From Candidatus Saccharimonadota bacterium (GTDB lineage Bacteria; Patescibacteriota; Saccharimonadia; Saccharimonadales; 2-12-FULL-41-12), in the NCBI GenBank assembly GCA_022842995.1, contig JALHOM010000005.1:6503-70502 (forward strand): DNA of 64,000 bases, in the 5' to 3' direction. The notes under the pieces are model-generated. The model had not been told where the DNA came from, did not search any database, and saw nothing but the letters and a program-made list of their open reading frames with translations. Of this stretch, positions 9,694 through 19,489 are shown piece by piece. The number at the start of each line of letters is the position of its first letter. The stretch's first letter is position 1. Position numbers and translations under genes: made by a program.

Positions 9694-10518
9694 GTGATAA
9701 AGCACGACACCGACACATTTATTCGTACGTTGTGGGATTTTTATTCTCGGCAAGCACGCAGTACGCTACCCTGGCGAGCGCCTGAGGCTACCGGGGAGTT
9801 CGATCCATACAAAATTGCCGTGTCCGAACTCATGCTCCAGCAAACCCAAGTAGAGCGGGTAATACCCTATTACGAGCGTTTCATCAAGGAGTATCTTCGG
9901 CTGGAATTGCTTGCCCAAGCTAATCTTGAGACAGTTCTCGCCATGTGGCATGGTCTTGGCTATAACCGCCGGGCAAAGTATCTGCGCGACATGTGCAAGA
10001 TAATTCAGAACGATTATGACGGTGTATTCCCTCTGGAAATGGACAGTTTAAGGTCCTTGCCAGGAATTGGTCATAACACAGCCGCTGCAATACGCGTGTA
10101 TTCCATTAATGCTCCAGAAATTTTTATCGAAACAAATATTCGTACGGTCTATATACACCATTTCTTTAAAGCGGCTAAAAAGGTTGACGATGACTCCATA
10201 AAGGACCTGCTTGTGAATACGCTCGATAGGTCAAATCCGCGCGAATTTTATTGGGCACTTATGGACTACGGGACGCATCTTAAGAAAATTCACCGGGGCG
10301 TTAATCAAAAAAGTACACAATATGTTAAACAGGCTCCTTTCGCGGGGTCTAAGCGTCAGTTACGAGCGCTTATTTTACGGCGGATTACCAAGGGGGAATT
10401 ATCTGTCCAGGAGTTGCAGAAGGAGCTTAAAGATACGCGTTTATTGGGAGTTCTCGATGATCTTGTTCGCGAAGGTTTACTCGTTAAAAGATTGGATAGT
10501 TATAGTATTGCAGACTAG
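9694..10518 (+). CDS. MutY/Nth-family HhH-GPD DNA glycosylase (MutY-like, no Cys cluster visible)
   Basis: LPWR...DPYKIAVSELMLQQTQVERVIPYYERF and the HhH motif LPGIGHNTAAAI. GTG start. Confidence 0.7.
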   Translation: MIKHDTDTFIRTLWDFYSRQARSTLPWRAPEATGEFDPYKIAVSELMLQQTQVERVIPYYERFIKEYLRLELLAQANLETVLAMWHGLGYNRRAKYLRDMCKIIQNDYDGVFPLEMDSLRSLPGIGHNTAAAIRVYSINAPEIFIETNIRTVYIHHFFKAAKKVDDDSIKDLLVNTLDRSNPREFYWALMDYGTHLKKIHRGVNQKSTQYVKQAPFAGSKRQLRALILRRITKGELSVQELQKELKDTRLLGVLDDLVREGLLVKRLDSYSIAD

Positions 10519-10597
10519 TGCCGGGATAGTTTGCGGGGGTTAGAAGTGGTGTTCATTTTGATATGATACAATTTAAGCTAAAGCGGATACGCAATTT

Positions 10598-11032
10598 ATG
10601 AAAGACGATGGAGTAAAACAGCCACCAAAAACCACTGAGCCGGTTATTGTTCAGGACGTTATCCCTGTCGCGCAAAATACTGTCGACTCTGGTGCGCCAG
10701 ACGCTACTTCTCCAAAGCCTGAGTCTACGCCTCCTGCCCTGATGGGCACAGATGAACCGGTCGCGGCCTCAAAAGATGAGGTAGTGAGTTCTCCTGTCCA
10801 AACGGACGAAGCGCATGAAGCATCTAAATCCCCGGCGCCTGAAGCCAATCACGATTCAGATGAAATAGTTCCGAATGCACCACAAAACTCGAATCCTTCT
10901 CCGGGGGTTAAGTCGACTCAGGACGCTCAGAAGCCTTCGAAAAGTGGCGGTGGAGCCATGTTTGCCATCGGAGTAGCAGTAGTTATATTCCTTGCTCTGG
11001 CCGGGCTGGCTGTTTATTCACAGATCAAATAA
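10598..11032 (+). CDS. hypothetical Pro/Ser/Ala-rich protein with C-terminal TM anchor
   Basis: 144-aa ORF of low complexity with a C-terminal helix (MFAIGVAVVIFLALAGLAVY). Confidence 0.45.
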   Translation: MKDDGVKQPPKTTEPVIVQDVIPVAQNTVDSGAPDATSPKPESTPPALMGTDEPVAASKDEVVSSPVQTDEAHEASKSPAPEANHDSDEIVPNAPQNSNPSPGVKSTQDAQKPSKSGGGAMFAIGVAVVIFLALAGLAVYSQIK

Positions 11033-11033
11033 G

Positions 11034-11963
11034 CTACTTTTTGCGTGAACTTGCGAGGCGCCTAGTCGATGTGACTTGAGGCGGAGTATCCTGGGTAAGA
11101 GTTACGTGCATATACGGGATTTTAATTTTTTCCTTGCGGAGCTCTTCGATCAAGAGCTTATAAAAGGCGCCCTTTACTTCCCAGGAATCATCAGATGTTG
11201 TTTTGCCGATTATTTTGACGCGTATGCCATTAGCGTCAAACCCGTCGACGCGGAGAAATTGTGGCGGTTCTTTGATTTTTTTCTTCATTTCAGGGTCGGC
11301 TGCTAACTTTAGTCCTGTTTTATTTATGACTGATTCGATCTGTTTAATATCGCTACCGGAATCAAATATAATATCCTCCTCTATACCTCCGTAGCTAGTG
11401 GTTTTATTGGCCGTCCAGCTGATGCTACCGTTGGGTACGTGAAATAATGTTCCGTCGAGACTCCTGATGACCGTCGTCCTGATGGTGATCGCCTCGACTT
11501 TTCCCGAGACCCCGTTGTCGAGGGCAATAACGTCGTCAACTCGGTACTGGTTCTCGATTATGATAAACAGGCCACTTGTGAGGTCTTTTATGAGACTTTG
11601 AGCGCCAAAACCAAGGGCTACGCCGATAATTCCCGCACTGGCAACCATGGGCGTTGTATTAAGCCCCAATTCGGCTACGATCATAATACCGGCTACGACA
11701 AAGATTGCGACACCAAGGACTGCTTTTATAAGACTCTCGAGTGTTTTTAAGCGTTTGATTCGGTCGGTTTTGGTTGGGTAAAGATCTGGCCGGACGGTTT
11801 TTTGTAAAACGCGCATTACTAGTTGGGTGCCAAATTTTTTACATAACCAAGCGATCGCAATAATGCCAAGTATCGGAAGGGCATGCTCGCTGGACCAATT
11901 ACCGATTGAGTCTACTGAGGCATTGTATATTTGCTCGATTTGTTTAAATAACTCTTCGTCCAC
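11034..11963 (-). CDS. mechanosensitive ion channel family protein (MscS-like)
   Basis: Three TM helices followed by the MscS beta-domain pattern (FIIIENQYRVDDVIALDNGVSGKVEAITIRTTVIRSLDGTLFHVPNG). Confidence 0.8.
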   Translation of the reverse strand: MDEELFKQIEQIYNASVDSIGNWSSEHALPILGIIAIAWLCKKFGTQLVMRVLQKTVRPDLYPTKTDRIKRLKTLESLIKAVLGVAIFVVAGIMIVAELGLNTTPMVASAGIIGVALGFGAQSLIKDLTSGLFIIIENQYRVDDVIALDNGVSGKVEAITIRTTVIRSLDGTLFHVPNGSISWTANKTTSYGGIEEDIIFDSGSDIKQIESVINKTGLKLAADPEMKKKIKEPPQFLRVDGFDANGIRVKIIGKTTSDDSWEVKGAFYKLLIEELRKEKIKIPYMHVTLTQDTPPQVTSTRRLASSRKK

Positions 11964-12046
11964 GCGTTCTGCTCGTTAGATTTGGTTTATACTATTTTAT
12001 AAGTATAGCAATAATCATAAGCGTAGCGCGCAAAATGGAGTGAAGA

Positions 12047-12397
12047 ATGAACTTGAATGACTATCAGGCCAGAGCAGTAAGTACCGATAGCTTTGGTGAC
12101 GTTGCCGGCCAAGTATCTGTTGCTGAAATGGCGTTTATGACTAAAGTACTCGGTCTGGTGGGCGAAAGCGGCGAGGTTGCCGAGAAATTTAAAAAAATTC
12201 TTCGCAATGATGGCGGCATTATGAATGAAGATCAGAGGCAGGAGCTTGCCAAAGAACTTGGTGATGTGTTGTGGTACATCGCCGTGCTCAGTAAATATCT
12301 TAATTTCGATCTCGAAGAAATCGGCGAACGGAATTTGAATAAGCTAATGGACCGTAAGGATAGGGGCGTCATCACCTCTAAAGGTGACAATCGATAA
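12047..12397 (+). CDS. MazG-like nucleotide pyrophosphohydrolase domain protein
   Basis: 116 aa with the EExGE-type motif (GLVGESGEVAEKFKK) and ELGDVLWY, typical of the MazG/all-alpha NTP-PPase fold. Confidence 0.75.
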   Translation: MNLNDYQARAVSTDSFGDVAGQVSVAEMAFMTKVLGLVGESGEVAEKFKKILRNDGGIMNEDQRQELAKELGDVLWYIAVLSKYLNFDLEEIGERNLNKLMDRKDRGVITSKGDNR

Positions 12398-12423
12398 GGA
12401 TTCTAGAGAATAGAGGAGTTGAC

Positions 12424-12972
12424 ATGGTACTTGGTATTCAAGAAGTTCAGCAGATCGTAAAAGGGCTTGCCAAGCGTGAGCTCGAAAATCCTGAAGGTGC
12501 TGGCGTAGATTTGCGTCTCGGCGAAGTTCATAAAATTGTCGGGGGCCAAGCTTATATAGAAGCCGACACCGACCAGAGTTTGGGTAAACGGGCAGGCTTC
12601 GACACGGCATGCATCATGAAGTATCGGGGTGACGGCGGTGAAGAGGATTACCTCACTATTGCCCCTGGTGAATTTTATTTAGTAAAAACTATCGAAACGG
12701 TAGATATACCACAAGATGTCATGGGCGACCTCAGGCCTCGTTCGACGATGTTTCGTGCTGGCTTGCATCTGCTGACGGGTATTGCCCCTCCAGGATACAA
12801 AGGCGAGATGATTTATGGCTTGCAAAACATCGGTGAATTTGATGTTAAGTTGCAGCTGGGTTCCCGAATTAGTGTGGCGGTATTTTACCGGTTGGAAGAG
12901 CCAGGAGTTTTATATCGTGGCCAAAATCAGCATGGTCGAATTACTGTATCAGGAGAAGAAACGCAGGTATAG
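12424..12972 (+). CDS. dCTP deaminase/dUTPase-superfamily protein (Dcd-like)
   Basis: 182 aa with GVDLRLG, a beta-rich trimeric dUTPase-like pattern and GYKGEMIYGLQN. Confidence 0.6.
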   Translation: MVLGIQEVQQIVKGLAKRELENPEGAGVDLRLGEVHKIVGGQAYIEADTDQSLGKRAGFDTACIMKYRGDGGEEDYLTIAPGEFYLVKTIETVDIPQDVMGDLRPRSTMFRAGLHLLTGIAPPGYKGEMIYGLQNIGEFDVKLQLGSRISVAVFYRLEEPGVLYRGQNQHGRITVSGEETQV

Positions 12973-12976
12973 CGCT

Positions 12977-14263
12977 TTAGTGCGACCCAAATTCCGCGCG
13001 CAGCCATTCATCCAATGATGCGCCACCACCACCTGACATACAGACGACCGTATCGCCATTTTTGATATGGCTTTCTATTTTTTTCTTGAGTTGGTCGTTG
13101 AGTTCGGCAGCTTGAGCAATGCCAGGGTTCGCCATATGGGTAATTAGCTCTTCGGGTGATAGCACTTTTTGCTGGGGGTCTTCTCTGGCGAGGTATGATG
13201 GCACCCAATAAAGTCTTTTTACACCATCAAACAGGTGTCGGTATTCATCCAGCACGTAATGTTGGCGCCGGTTCGTGAGTGGCTCGTAAACCACGACCAC
13301 ATTGTCAGAGACTTCCTTCGCCAGTTGCAAACAGCCAGCTATTTTGGGGATTGTATGGGCGTAATCGGTGTAGAGACCATCGGAAATCTTTTCAAAACGG
13401 CGGCTCAGGCCTGGAAAGGCCTCGATATGACTTTTCATAGATGAGATCTCGTTCCCCATGAGGGTCGAGGCAGCCAGCAGTACTTGATAGGCATTTCGGC
13501 GATTAACTTCACCAATATTACTTAACGCGTTAAGTAATTCGTTATTGTCTTGCAGAATCTTGTCATGCGGCTGAAGTTTGAAGTTATTGAAATCTAAATC
13601 ACTCTGCCAGACGAGGTTTTGTTGGCTTTGATCTAGGAATTGCTGGAATGCATCTTGGTAATCTTGGCGGGTTTTATAAATTTCGTGATGATCGTAGTCA
13701 ACACCCGTAATTAAGCTCAAATAAGGATGGAAATTCAGGAAATTGCGATCAAATTCGTCGCATTCGTAGATGAAGTATTCGGAAGACGGGTCGTATTGCC
13801 CCATGTCGCCGAAAGTGATTTTGGCACCGACGGAGTAACTAATGGGAATGTTGAGTTGCTTCATCAGCCAGATAAGCATGGCTGTGGTGGTGGTTTTGCC
13901 GTGGGTACCAGCAATGGCGATAAGTTTCAGATTTTTTTGATCAATGATCTCGGTAAGTAGCTCGTCGCGTTTACTGATCCGAATATTCATTTGCTTGGCC
14001 CAGGCTAGTTGCTCATGGTTGGGGTTTTCGAAGTCGACAGCAGAGGTATGGACGACCCAATCAATCTTTTCGGCCGCGTGTCTGGCCTCGATATCTGCTT
14101 TGTCGTTGCCAATGGTGATGTCGCTGACACCGTGTTTTTTCAAGTAGTCGATATACTGTGATCCGCGTTTATCGGAACCAGATACGCGGTAGCCAGCCTG
14201 ATGGGCGATGAGCGCCAGTGGCCCAATGGCTGTTCCGCCTATACCAACGAAGTAGATGTGCAT
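12977..14263 (-). CDS. Mur ligase family protein (MurC/Mpl-like UDP-N-acetylmuramate-amino acid/peptide ligase)
   Basis: N-terminal Rossmann motif IYFVGIGGTAIGPLALIAHQAGYRVSGSD and P-loop GTHGKTTTTAML. Confidence 0.8.
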   Translation of the reverse strand: MHIYFVGIGGTAIGPLALIAHQAGYRVSGSDKRGSQYIDYLKKHGVSDITIGNDKADIEARHAAEKIDWVVHTSAVDFENPNHEQLAWAKQMNIRISKRDELLTEIIDQKNLKLIAIAGTHGKTTTTAMLIWLMKQLNIPISYSVGAKITFGDMGQYDPSSEYFIYECDEFDRNFLNFHPYLSLITGVDYDHHEIYKTRQDYQDAFQQFLDQSQQNLVWQSDLDFNNFKLQPHDKILQDNNELLNALSNIGEVNRRNAYQVLLAASTLMGNEISSMKSHIEAFPGLSRRFEKISDGLYTDYAHTIPKIAGCLQLAKEVSDNVVVVYEPLTNRRQHYVLDEYRHLFDGVKRLYWVPSYLAREDPQQKVLSPEELITHMANPGIAQAAELNDQLKKKIESHIKNGDTVVCMSGGGGASLDEWLRAEFGSH

Positions 14264-14345
14264 GTAGTAAGTTTAAAGGTAAAAGATTAAAGATTAAAGG
14301 CTAAAGATAAAAGAGTCATGAGTCATGAGCTTTAAGCTATGAGGA
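14264..14345. repeat. second locus of the same word-repeat family, in a divergent promoter region
   Basis: AAAGATTAAAGATTAAAGGCTAAAGATAAAAGAGTCATGAGTCATGAGCTTTAAGCTATGAGGACTC lies between the Mur ligase and MFS genes. Confidence 0.8.
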
Positions 14346-14440
14346 CTCTGGCAGATGGCTTAGAAGCCTACTCCAAGGACGTTAAGAGAAAGGGGTGTGA
14401 TCGTGGTAAGATGTAAGGTAGAGACGTACCAAAAATAAAG

Positions 14441-15664
14441 ATGTTCAAAAAAGTATTATATGCCGCTCTTGGTGATCGGTATCGCTTTCGTCATATCACC
14501 TTTGACGAATTAGCCGAACTTTACACCTCAACCATGCTCAGAAGTATGGCTATGAGCATGTCTGGGATTTTTGTCCCTATTTTTTTGTTTGATCTTAATT
14601 ATCCTATTTGGCAGATAATGTTCTTTTACTGCATCGTCTTCCTCGCGAGCTTTTTATTTTCGTTTCCAGCGGCTAAATTAGTGGGCAATATTGGTCCGAA
14701 GCACAGTATGCTTATCAGTTATTTTGTCCAAATCGCGGTACTGTTTGGTCTGATACAGCTAGAGTCGTTACCAGAGCTCTTTTACCCGGTCGCTTTTGGC
14801 TTAGGCGTGGCGAATATTATTTTTTTCACCTCGTTTCATATCAATTTCTCCAAAGTAAAGCACCGCAGGAGTAGCGGCAATGAACTAGGGTGGGTCTATA
14901 TTATGGAGCGGGTGGGCGGTGTTTTAGGTCCTGTTTTGGGAGGGCTATTGGCCATGATCTTCGCACCTTCTTATACGTTTGCGGTCAGCATATCCCTGCT
15001 TTTATTTGCAGCCGTTCCTCTCCTATTGACCAAAGAAGTTATGAAGACGCATCAAAAACTAAATTTTGCTAAGCTACGCGCCAAAAACATCCGCAGCGAT
15101 ACGCAGGCATATTCGTTCTTTGCGATCGATGCTGCCGTTTCCATGACCATCTGGCCATTATTTGTTGGAGCGGTAATATTTAAGGATAATCCTTACTTTC
15201 TTTTCGGAACGATTATGTCGATATCCGTTGTCGTGTCGGTAGTTATTGCTCGAATGGTAGGTAAGGTGGTCGACAATCGTCAGGGCCGGCTCTTGATGCG
15301 GTTTAACTTGGTTGTGAATGCTCTTTTACATCTGTTTCGGCCGTTTAGCTTTGGTTACGCAAGTGCTCTGTCGATTAATATGGTCAATGATGGTGTCACG
15401 GCGGGTTATCGAATGCCCTTTTTGAAAGGGATGTATTCATCGGCCGATGATCACCCTGGTAGTCGAATAGTGTATATTGCCATTATGGAAGCTCATGCAA
15501 CGTTTGTCAGGATGGCCTTTTTCGGTCTGGCGGCACTGTTGGCGTATTCGATGACGACCTCTCGACTGTATTTTGGAATTTTATTTGCGGTTGGGGCTGT
15601 CGCTTCGCTGCTGGTGATGGTCGAGCGGTTTCCGGCTCTCAATAAACGAAGGAGGCAAGCATAA
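14441..15664 (+). CDS. MFS-type transporter
   Basis: 407 aa with about 12 predicted hydrophobic helices and a two-fold architecture. Confidence 0.65.
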   Translation: MFKKVLYAALGDRYRFRHITFDELAELYTSTMLRSMAMSMSGIFVPIFLFDLNYPIWQIMFFYCIVFLASFLFSFPAAKLVGNIGPKHSMLISYFVQIAVLFGLIQLESLPELFYPVAFGLGVANIIFFTSFHINFSKVKHRRSSGNELGWVYIMERVGGVLGPVLGGLLAMIFAPSYTFAVSISLLLFAAVPLLLTKEVMKTHQKLNFAKLRAKNIRSDTQAYSFFAIDAAVSMTIWPLFVGAVIFKDNPYFLFGTIMSISVVVSVVIARMVGKVVDNRQGRLLMRFNLVVNALLHLFRPFSFGYASALSINMVNDGVTAGYRMPFLKGMYSSADDHPGSRIVYIAIMEAHATFVRMAFFGLAALLAYSMTTSRLYFGILFAVGAVASLLVMVERFPALNKRRRQA

Positions 15665-16248
15665 TGGATGCACTATATAAGCTATCGAAACAGAAACTTA
15701 CTTACGTCTTTTTGGCTTCGATATTGTTGTTGACTATCGGGTTTTTAGCGGCGCGCAATAACTATGTTGTTATGACTGAACTGCGCCAGCAAGTAATTGT
15801 TGCTGACCAAGAAAATGGAGATGTTGAAGCCGCTCTCGCAAAACTACGAGGACACGTCTATTCACACATGAATACTGATTTAACCTCGGGCAGTAATCCG
15901 ATACACCCACCAATCCAGCTAAAGGGGCGGTATGACCGATTGATGGCCATGGAGCGTGAGCGCGTTAAGCAAGAAAATTCGGCTGTTCAGGCAAAGGGTG
16001 AGGCTATTTGCGGAAGTCGGTATCCGGCTAGCGGTTTTAACGCCTCGAGGGTTACCTGTATTCAAGATTATGTTTCACAGAATGCTGTTAAAGAAAGTGC
16101 CGTTGCCGAAGATCTTTATAAGTTTGATTTCATCAGTCCCTCTTGGACGCCTGATTTGGCAGGGATTTCACTACTAGCGGGCGCGCTTCTTTTTATTGGT
16201 GCTTTGCCGTTTGCCGCGATACGTTTATTGAGGCACTTTAGTATCTGA
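15664..16248 (+). CDS. hypothetical membrane protein (N- and C-terminal TM helices)
   Basis: The start overlaps the MFS stop (TAATG), and hydrophobic segments lie at both ends. Confidence 0.5.
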   Translation: MDALYKLSKQKLTYVFLASILLLTIGFLAARNNYVVMTELRQQVIVADQENGDVEAALAKLRGHVYSHMNTDLTSGSNPIHPPIQLKGRYDRLMAMERERVKQENSAVQAKGEAICGSRYPASGFNASRVTCIQDYVSQNAVKESAVAEDLYKFDFISPSWTPDLAGISLLAGALLFIGALPFAAIRLLRHFSI

Positions 16249-16285
16249 TTTCGAATAATGTTTATTAATATTCTTGATAGATATT

Positions 16286-16314
16286 AAAAACCCTGAGATG
16301 TTCTCAGGGTTTTT
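16286..16314. terminator. bidirectional Rho-independent terminator
   Basis: AAAAA-CCCTGAGA-TGT-TCTCAGGG-TTTTT. This is a perfect 8-bp GC-rich stem flanked by A and T runs, between convergent genes. Confidence 0.85.
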
Positions 16315-16333
16315 ATCAACTCGCTAAATCGAT

Positions 16334-17029
16334 CTAGCGGTTATTTGGGGTGTTATTGTTTTGGGTATTGGTATTACCAGTTGTAGTTGTATTAGTGTTG
16401 GTCGTTGGAGTCGTGGTTGTATTGCTTCCACTATTTGTTGCGTCAGAAGATTGATTGTTCTGAGCTTGATCTTCACACTTCTGGCCAGTTGGGAATTGCT
16501 GTCGGTATTGTTCGATAGCTTTTGCGACTTGACCGTCATTCTTTAGGTTTTCCCAGAAGACTACTTGTTCACGGTTAATAGTCATTTGATCCTCTGGGCC
16601 ATGAAGCTCACACCCGAGCTTAACAAGCGAAATGTCGTTAGAGTTGGATGTATTTGCATTTGGCTGAACTTGCTGATTAACGCGAAGATAATAAATATCT
16701 CTCATGTCAACAAACTTTGAGTTGAGTTCATTAACTTTACCAAAGTATACTTGTCCGCCATTAAGGAAGACTGCCTGAAACTTAGTCTTGTCAACGAGCT
16801 TGCCTTCGCCGGTATTGCCACCTTTGAACATGACCATCGAAAAGATAGCCAGAACAAATAAGGTAACAATGAGTAATAAGAAGCCCATATTGCCGGCTTT
16901 TCCTAGATTACTGCCTCCGCCAACTCCTTTAGAAAACCTGCCTTTTTTGCTGGCAGCTTGTGCGACTGCAGGGCTGGATGCCTGGTCGGTTGTTTGTGCG
17001 TTCCTGACGCCGCGATTCATAAATTCCAT
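16334..17029 (-). CDS. hypothetical membrane-anchored protein with Thr/Asn-rich C-terminal tail
   Basis: 231 aa with a TM helix (FLLLIVTLFVLAIFSMVMF) and the tail TTTTPTTNTNTTTTGNTNTQNNNTPNN. Confidence 0.5.
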   Translation of the reverse strand: MEFMNRGVRNAQTTDQASSPAVAQAASKKGRFSKGVGGGSNLGKAGNMGFLLLIVTLFVLAIFSMVMFKGGNTGEGKLVDKTKFQAVFLNGGQVYFGKVNELNSKFVDMRDIYYLRVNQQVQPNANTSNSNDISLVKLGCELHGPEDQMTINREQVVFWENLKNDGQVAKAIEQYRQQFPTGQKCEDQAQNNQSSDATNSGSNTTTTPTTNTNTTTTGNTNTQNNNTPNNR

Positions 17030-17237
17030 AATAGAGAATCCACCTTTGTTTAATGTCTACTTGGTCAAGTGTAATACATAACCGTGATTAAGTGCAACAC
17101 GCTTTGGGTTATCTTTTCGGGCAGCTTTCTCTGGGGAAAAACCTGTCGTGAAAAATCCCTTAGGGGTTGACAACTGAAAACGCTCGGGGTTATCGTAGGG
17201 GTACCATCAGTAATCTAACAGAGGGAGATATTTGAAC

Positions 17238-17435
17238 ATGGGATACAGCCATACTAATAGCAAAGGCGTCAAGTATTACTTAAACTCAAAGAACGTTGTT
17301 TTGCGCGGCGGCAAAGAACAGACGATCTACTACTTCTCGAAGGATGAGAGAAAAGATACTGCAACCGACCTTCCAAGTGGTATGTCAGTCAACGAGAACC
17401 CACGAAACGGCTTCTTGACTGTCAAGCGCGGCTAG
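17238..17435 (+). CDS. small hypothetical protein (65 aa)
   Basis: ATG preceded by an AGAGGGAGA Shine-Dalgarno sequence. Basic, with no recognisable domain. Confidence 0.45.
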   Translation: MGYSHTNSKGVKYYLNSKNVVLRGGKEQTIYYFSKDERKDTATDLPSGMSVNENPRNGFLTVKRG

Positions 17436-17609
17436 TACTTCTTGAATCAAAAAAGAAGATTCAGCTATAAAATTATCTAAGATATTTATATAAAGCACCC
17501 CCCGAGCAGGCGGAACAATGTCTTGAATTTGATAAGACGATGAATGCTCAGTGGTAAAAGGGGTGCTTTTTGCATTTTTTCGACCGGGGCTCTAAGCTAG
17601 AAACAAGAT

Positions 17610-18362
17610 ATGGATATCGTTGTTGCTCATAATTTGAAAAAGAAGTATGGCAAAAAATTTGCCGTTAATGATGTTAGTTTTACGGTAAAAAAAGGTGAGA
17701 TTTTTGGGATTATCGGACCCAATGGAGCCGGTAAAACAACGACTTTAGAAATGATTGAGGCCCTGCGTCCGATTGACGGTGGTTCGGCCATGATCTCTGG
17801 CATAGATGTTTCCGCTAAGCCGCGGGCTATCAAGCAGATTATCGGGGTTCAGCCCCAGACTCCAGCTTTTGAAGAAAAGTTGAAACTCAAGGAAGTGTTG
17901 GCTTTTTTTGCTTCGATTTACGGTGTTAAGGCTCAAACTACAGATCTACTTAAGAGTGTTGGGCTGGAGGATAGGGCCAACTCTTACCCCGAGCAACTGT
18001 CTGGCGGGCAAAGGCAACGATTTAGCATTGCGGCGGCGTTGGTGCACAAGCCAGAAGTGTTTTTCTTGGACGAGCCAACGACCGGCCTTGACCCGCAGGC
18101 GCGCCGCAACCTCTGGGATTTGATCGAATCCATCCGCGCGCGCGGCGTGACGGTGATTTTGACCACTCACTACCTTGATGAGGCGGAGCAGCTGTGTGAC
18201 CGCGTGGCAATCATGGACATGGGCAAAATTATCGCCCTTGATACGCCTGAAGCTCTGATTAAAGACTTACTTAAGCGCGGTTTCAAAAAGCGCCACCATG
18301 TCGAACAAGCTAATCTGGAAGACGTATTCATCGATTTAACGGGAAAGGCACTGCGGGACTAA
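17610..18362 (+). CDS. ABC transporter ATP-binding protein (ABC-2/DrrA-like exporter)
   Basis: Walker A GPNGAGKTT, signature LSGGQRQR, Walker B VFFLDEPTTGLD. Confidence 0.9.
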   Translation: MDIVVAHNLKKKYGKKFAVNDVSFTVKKGEIFGIIGPNGAGKTTTLEMIEALRPIDGGSAMISGIDVSAKPRAIKQIIGVQPQTPAFEEKLKLKEVLAFFASIYGVKAQTTDLLKSVGLEDRANSYPEQLSGGQRQRFSIAAALVHKPEVFFLDEPTTGLDPQARRNLWDLIESIRARGVTVILTTHYLDEAEQLCDRVAIMDMGKIIALDTPEALIKDLLKRGFKKRHHVEQANLEDVFIDLTGKALRD

Positions 18363-18365
18363 GTA

Positions 18366-19481
18366 ATGAAAGGTTTAATTCGGCAGCTCAGGCCAATTAT
18401 TACGTACGCAAGAATCGACGTTAAGAAGTTGTTTCGCGATAAAGTTGCGATCTTTTTCACCATTGTATTTCCTTTGATATTTTTGTTCGTTTTTGGCGGG
18501 CTTTTTGGTAATGACAGCAACGTATCTTTTAAGGTGGCGCTTCAAAATAATTCATCGAGCGATATTGCCAAGCAGGTAGAGCAGTCGGTGAGGAATAGTG
18601 CGTTATTTGAGGTAGATGCGTCGATTTCTTCGAAAGAACAGGCTACGGAGAAAATGAGTCAAGGTGTTTTGGACGCCTCTATAACCATTCCCGAAGGCTT
18701 TGGGGATGTTGATTCCAGCGGTTTGCCCGGCGGCACATTAGAAGTGTTTTTTGATCAGTCTAACGCTACCGGCGCACAGACCTTAGCGTCTGTACTGGAT
18801 GGTGTAATCCAAGAGCTGAACGCATCGGTTGTGCCGGTGAAACAGCCCTTTGGGGTTAGTGTCGAAGCATCTAGCGAAAAAGGACTGACGCAGTTTGACT
18901 ATACCTTTTCTGGCTTGCTTGGTTTTGCGATTTTGTCTCTGGGAATTTTTGGTCCTACGAGTGCTTATCCACGCTTAAAGCAGCGAGGTGTTCTCAGGCG
19001 TTACCGGACAACGCCGATTAAAGTTTGGCAGTATTTTTTGGCTAATGTTGTGTCGAATTCGGTATATGGACTTATTTCGGTTGGCGCGATGTTTGCGGCC
19101 GCAATGGTATTTTTTGACTTAAATGTTAAGGGCAATATCCTGGCGATCATTGCCTTTATTTTGCTCAGTACGATCGTACTATTCGGTATTGGACTGGCAG
19201 TGGGAGGTTGGGCCAAAAACGAAAATCAAGCAGCACCGCTTGCGAACTTGTTGGCATTTCCGATGATGTTTCTTTCTGGCTCTTTTTTCCCGCGATTTTT
19301 GATGCCCGACTGGCTGCAGAAAATATCTGATTTCTTGCCATTAACACCGGTCATCGATGGTGCGAGGCTTTTGGTAACAGAAGGCAAGACGCTGGTGGAT
19401 ATCGCACCGCAAATTGGTTTGCTGGCAGTCTGGGGAGTGATTGTCTATTTGATTGCGTTTAGAGTTTTCCGCTGGGAATAG
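18366..19481 (+). CDS. ABC-2 type transporter permease
   Basis: Lies immediately downstream of the ATPase. One N-terminal TM helix, a large extracytoplasmic loop and five C-terminal TM helices. Confidence 0.85.
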   Translation: MKGLIRQLRPIITYARIDVKKLFRDKVAIFFTIVFPLIFLFVFGGLFGNDSNVSFKVALQNNSSSDIAKQVEQSVRNSALFEVDASISSKEQATEKMSQGVLDASITIPEGFGDVDSSGLPGGTLEVFFDQSNATGAQTLASVLDGVIQELNASVVPVKQPFGVSVEASSEKGLTQFDYTFSGLLGFAILSLGIFGPTSAYPRLKQRGVLRRYRTTPIKVWQYFLANVVSNSVYGLISVGAMFAAAMVFFDLNVKGNILAIIAFILLSTIVLFGIGLAVGGWAKNENQAAPLANLLAFPMMFLSGSFFPRFLMPDWLQKISDFLPLTPVIDGARLLVTEGKTLVDIAPQIGLLAVWGVIVYLIAFRVFRWE

Positions 19482-19489
19482 AGCTAGCT

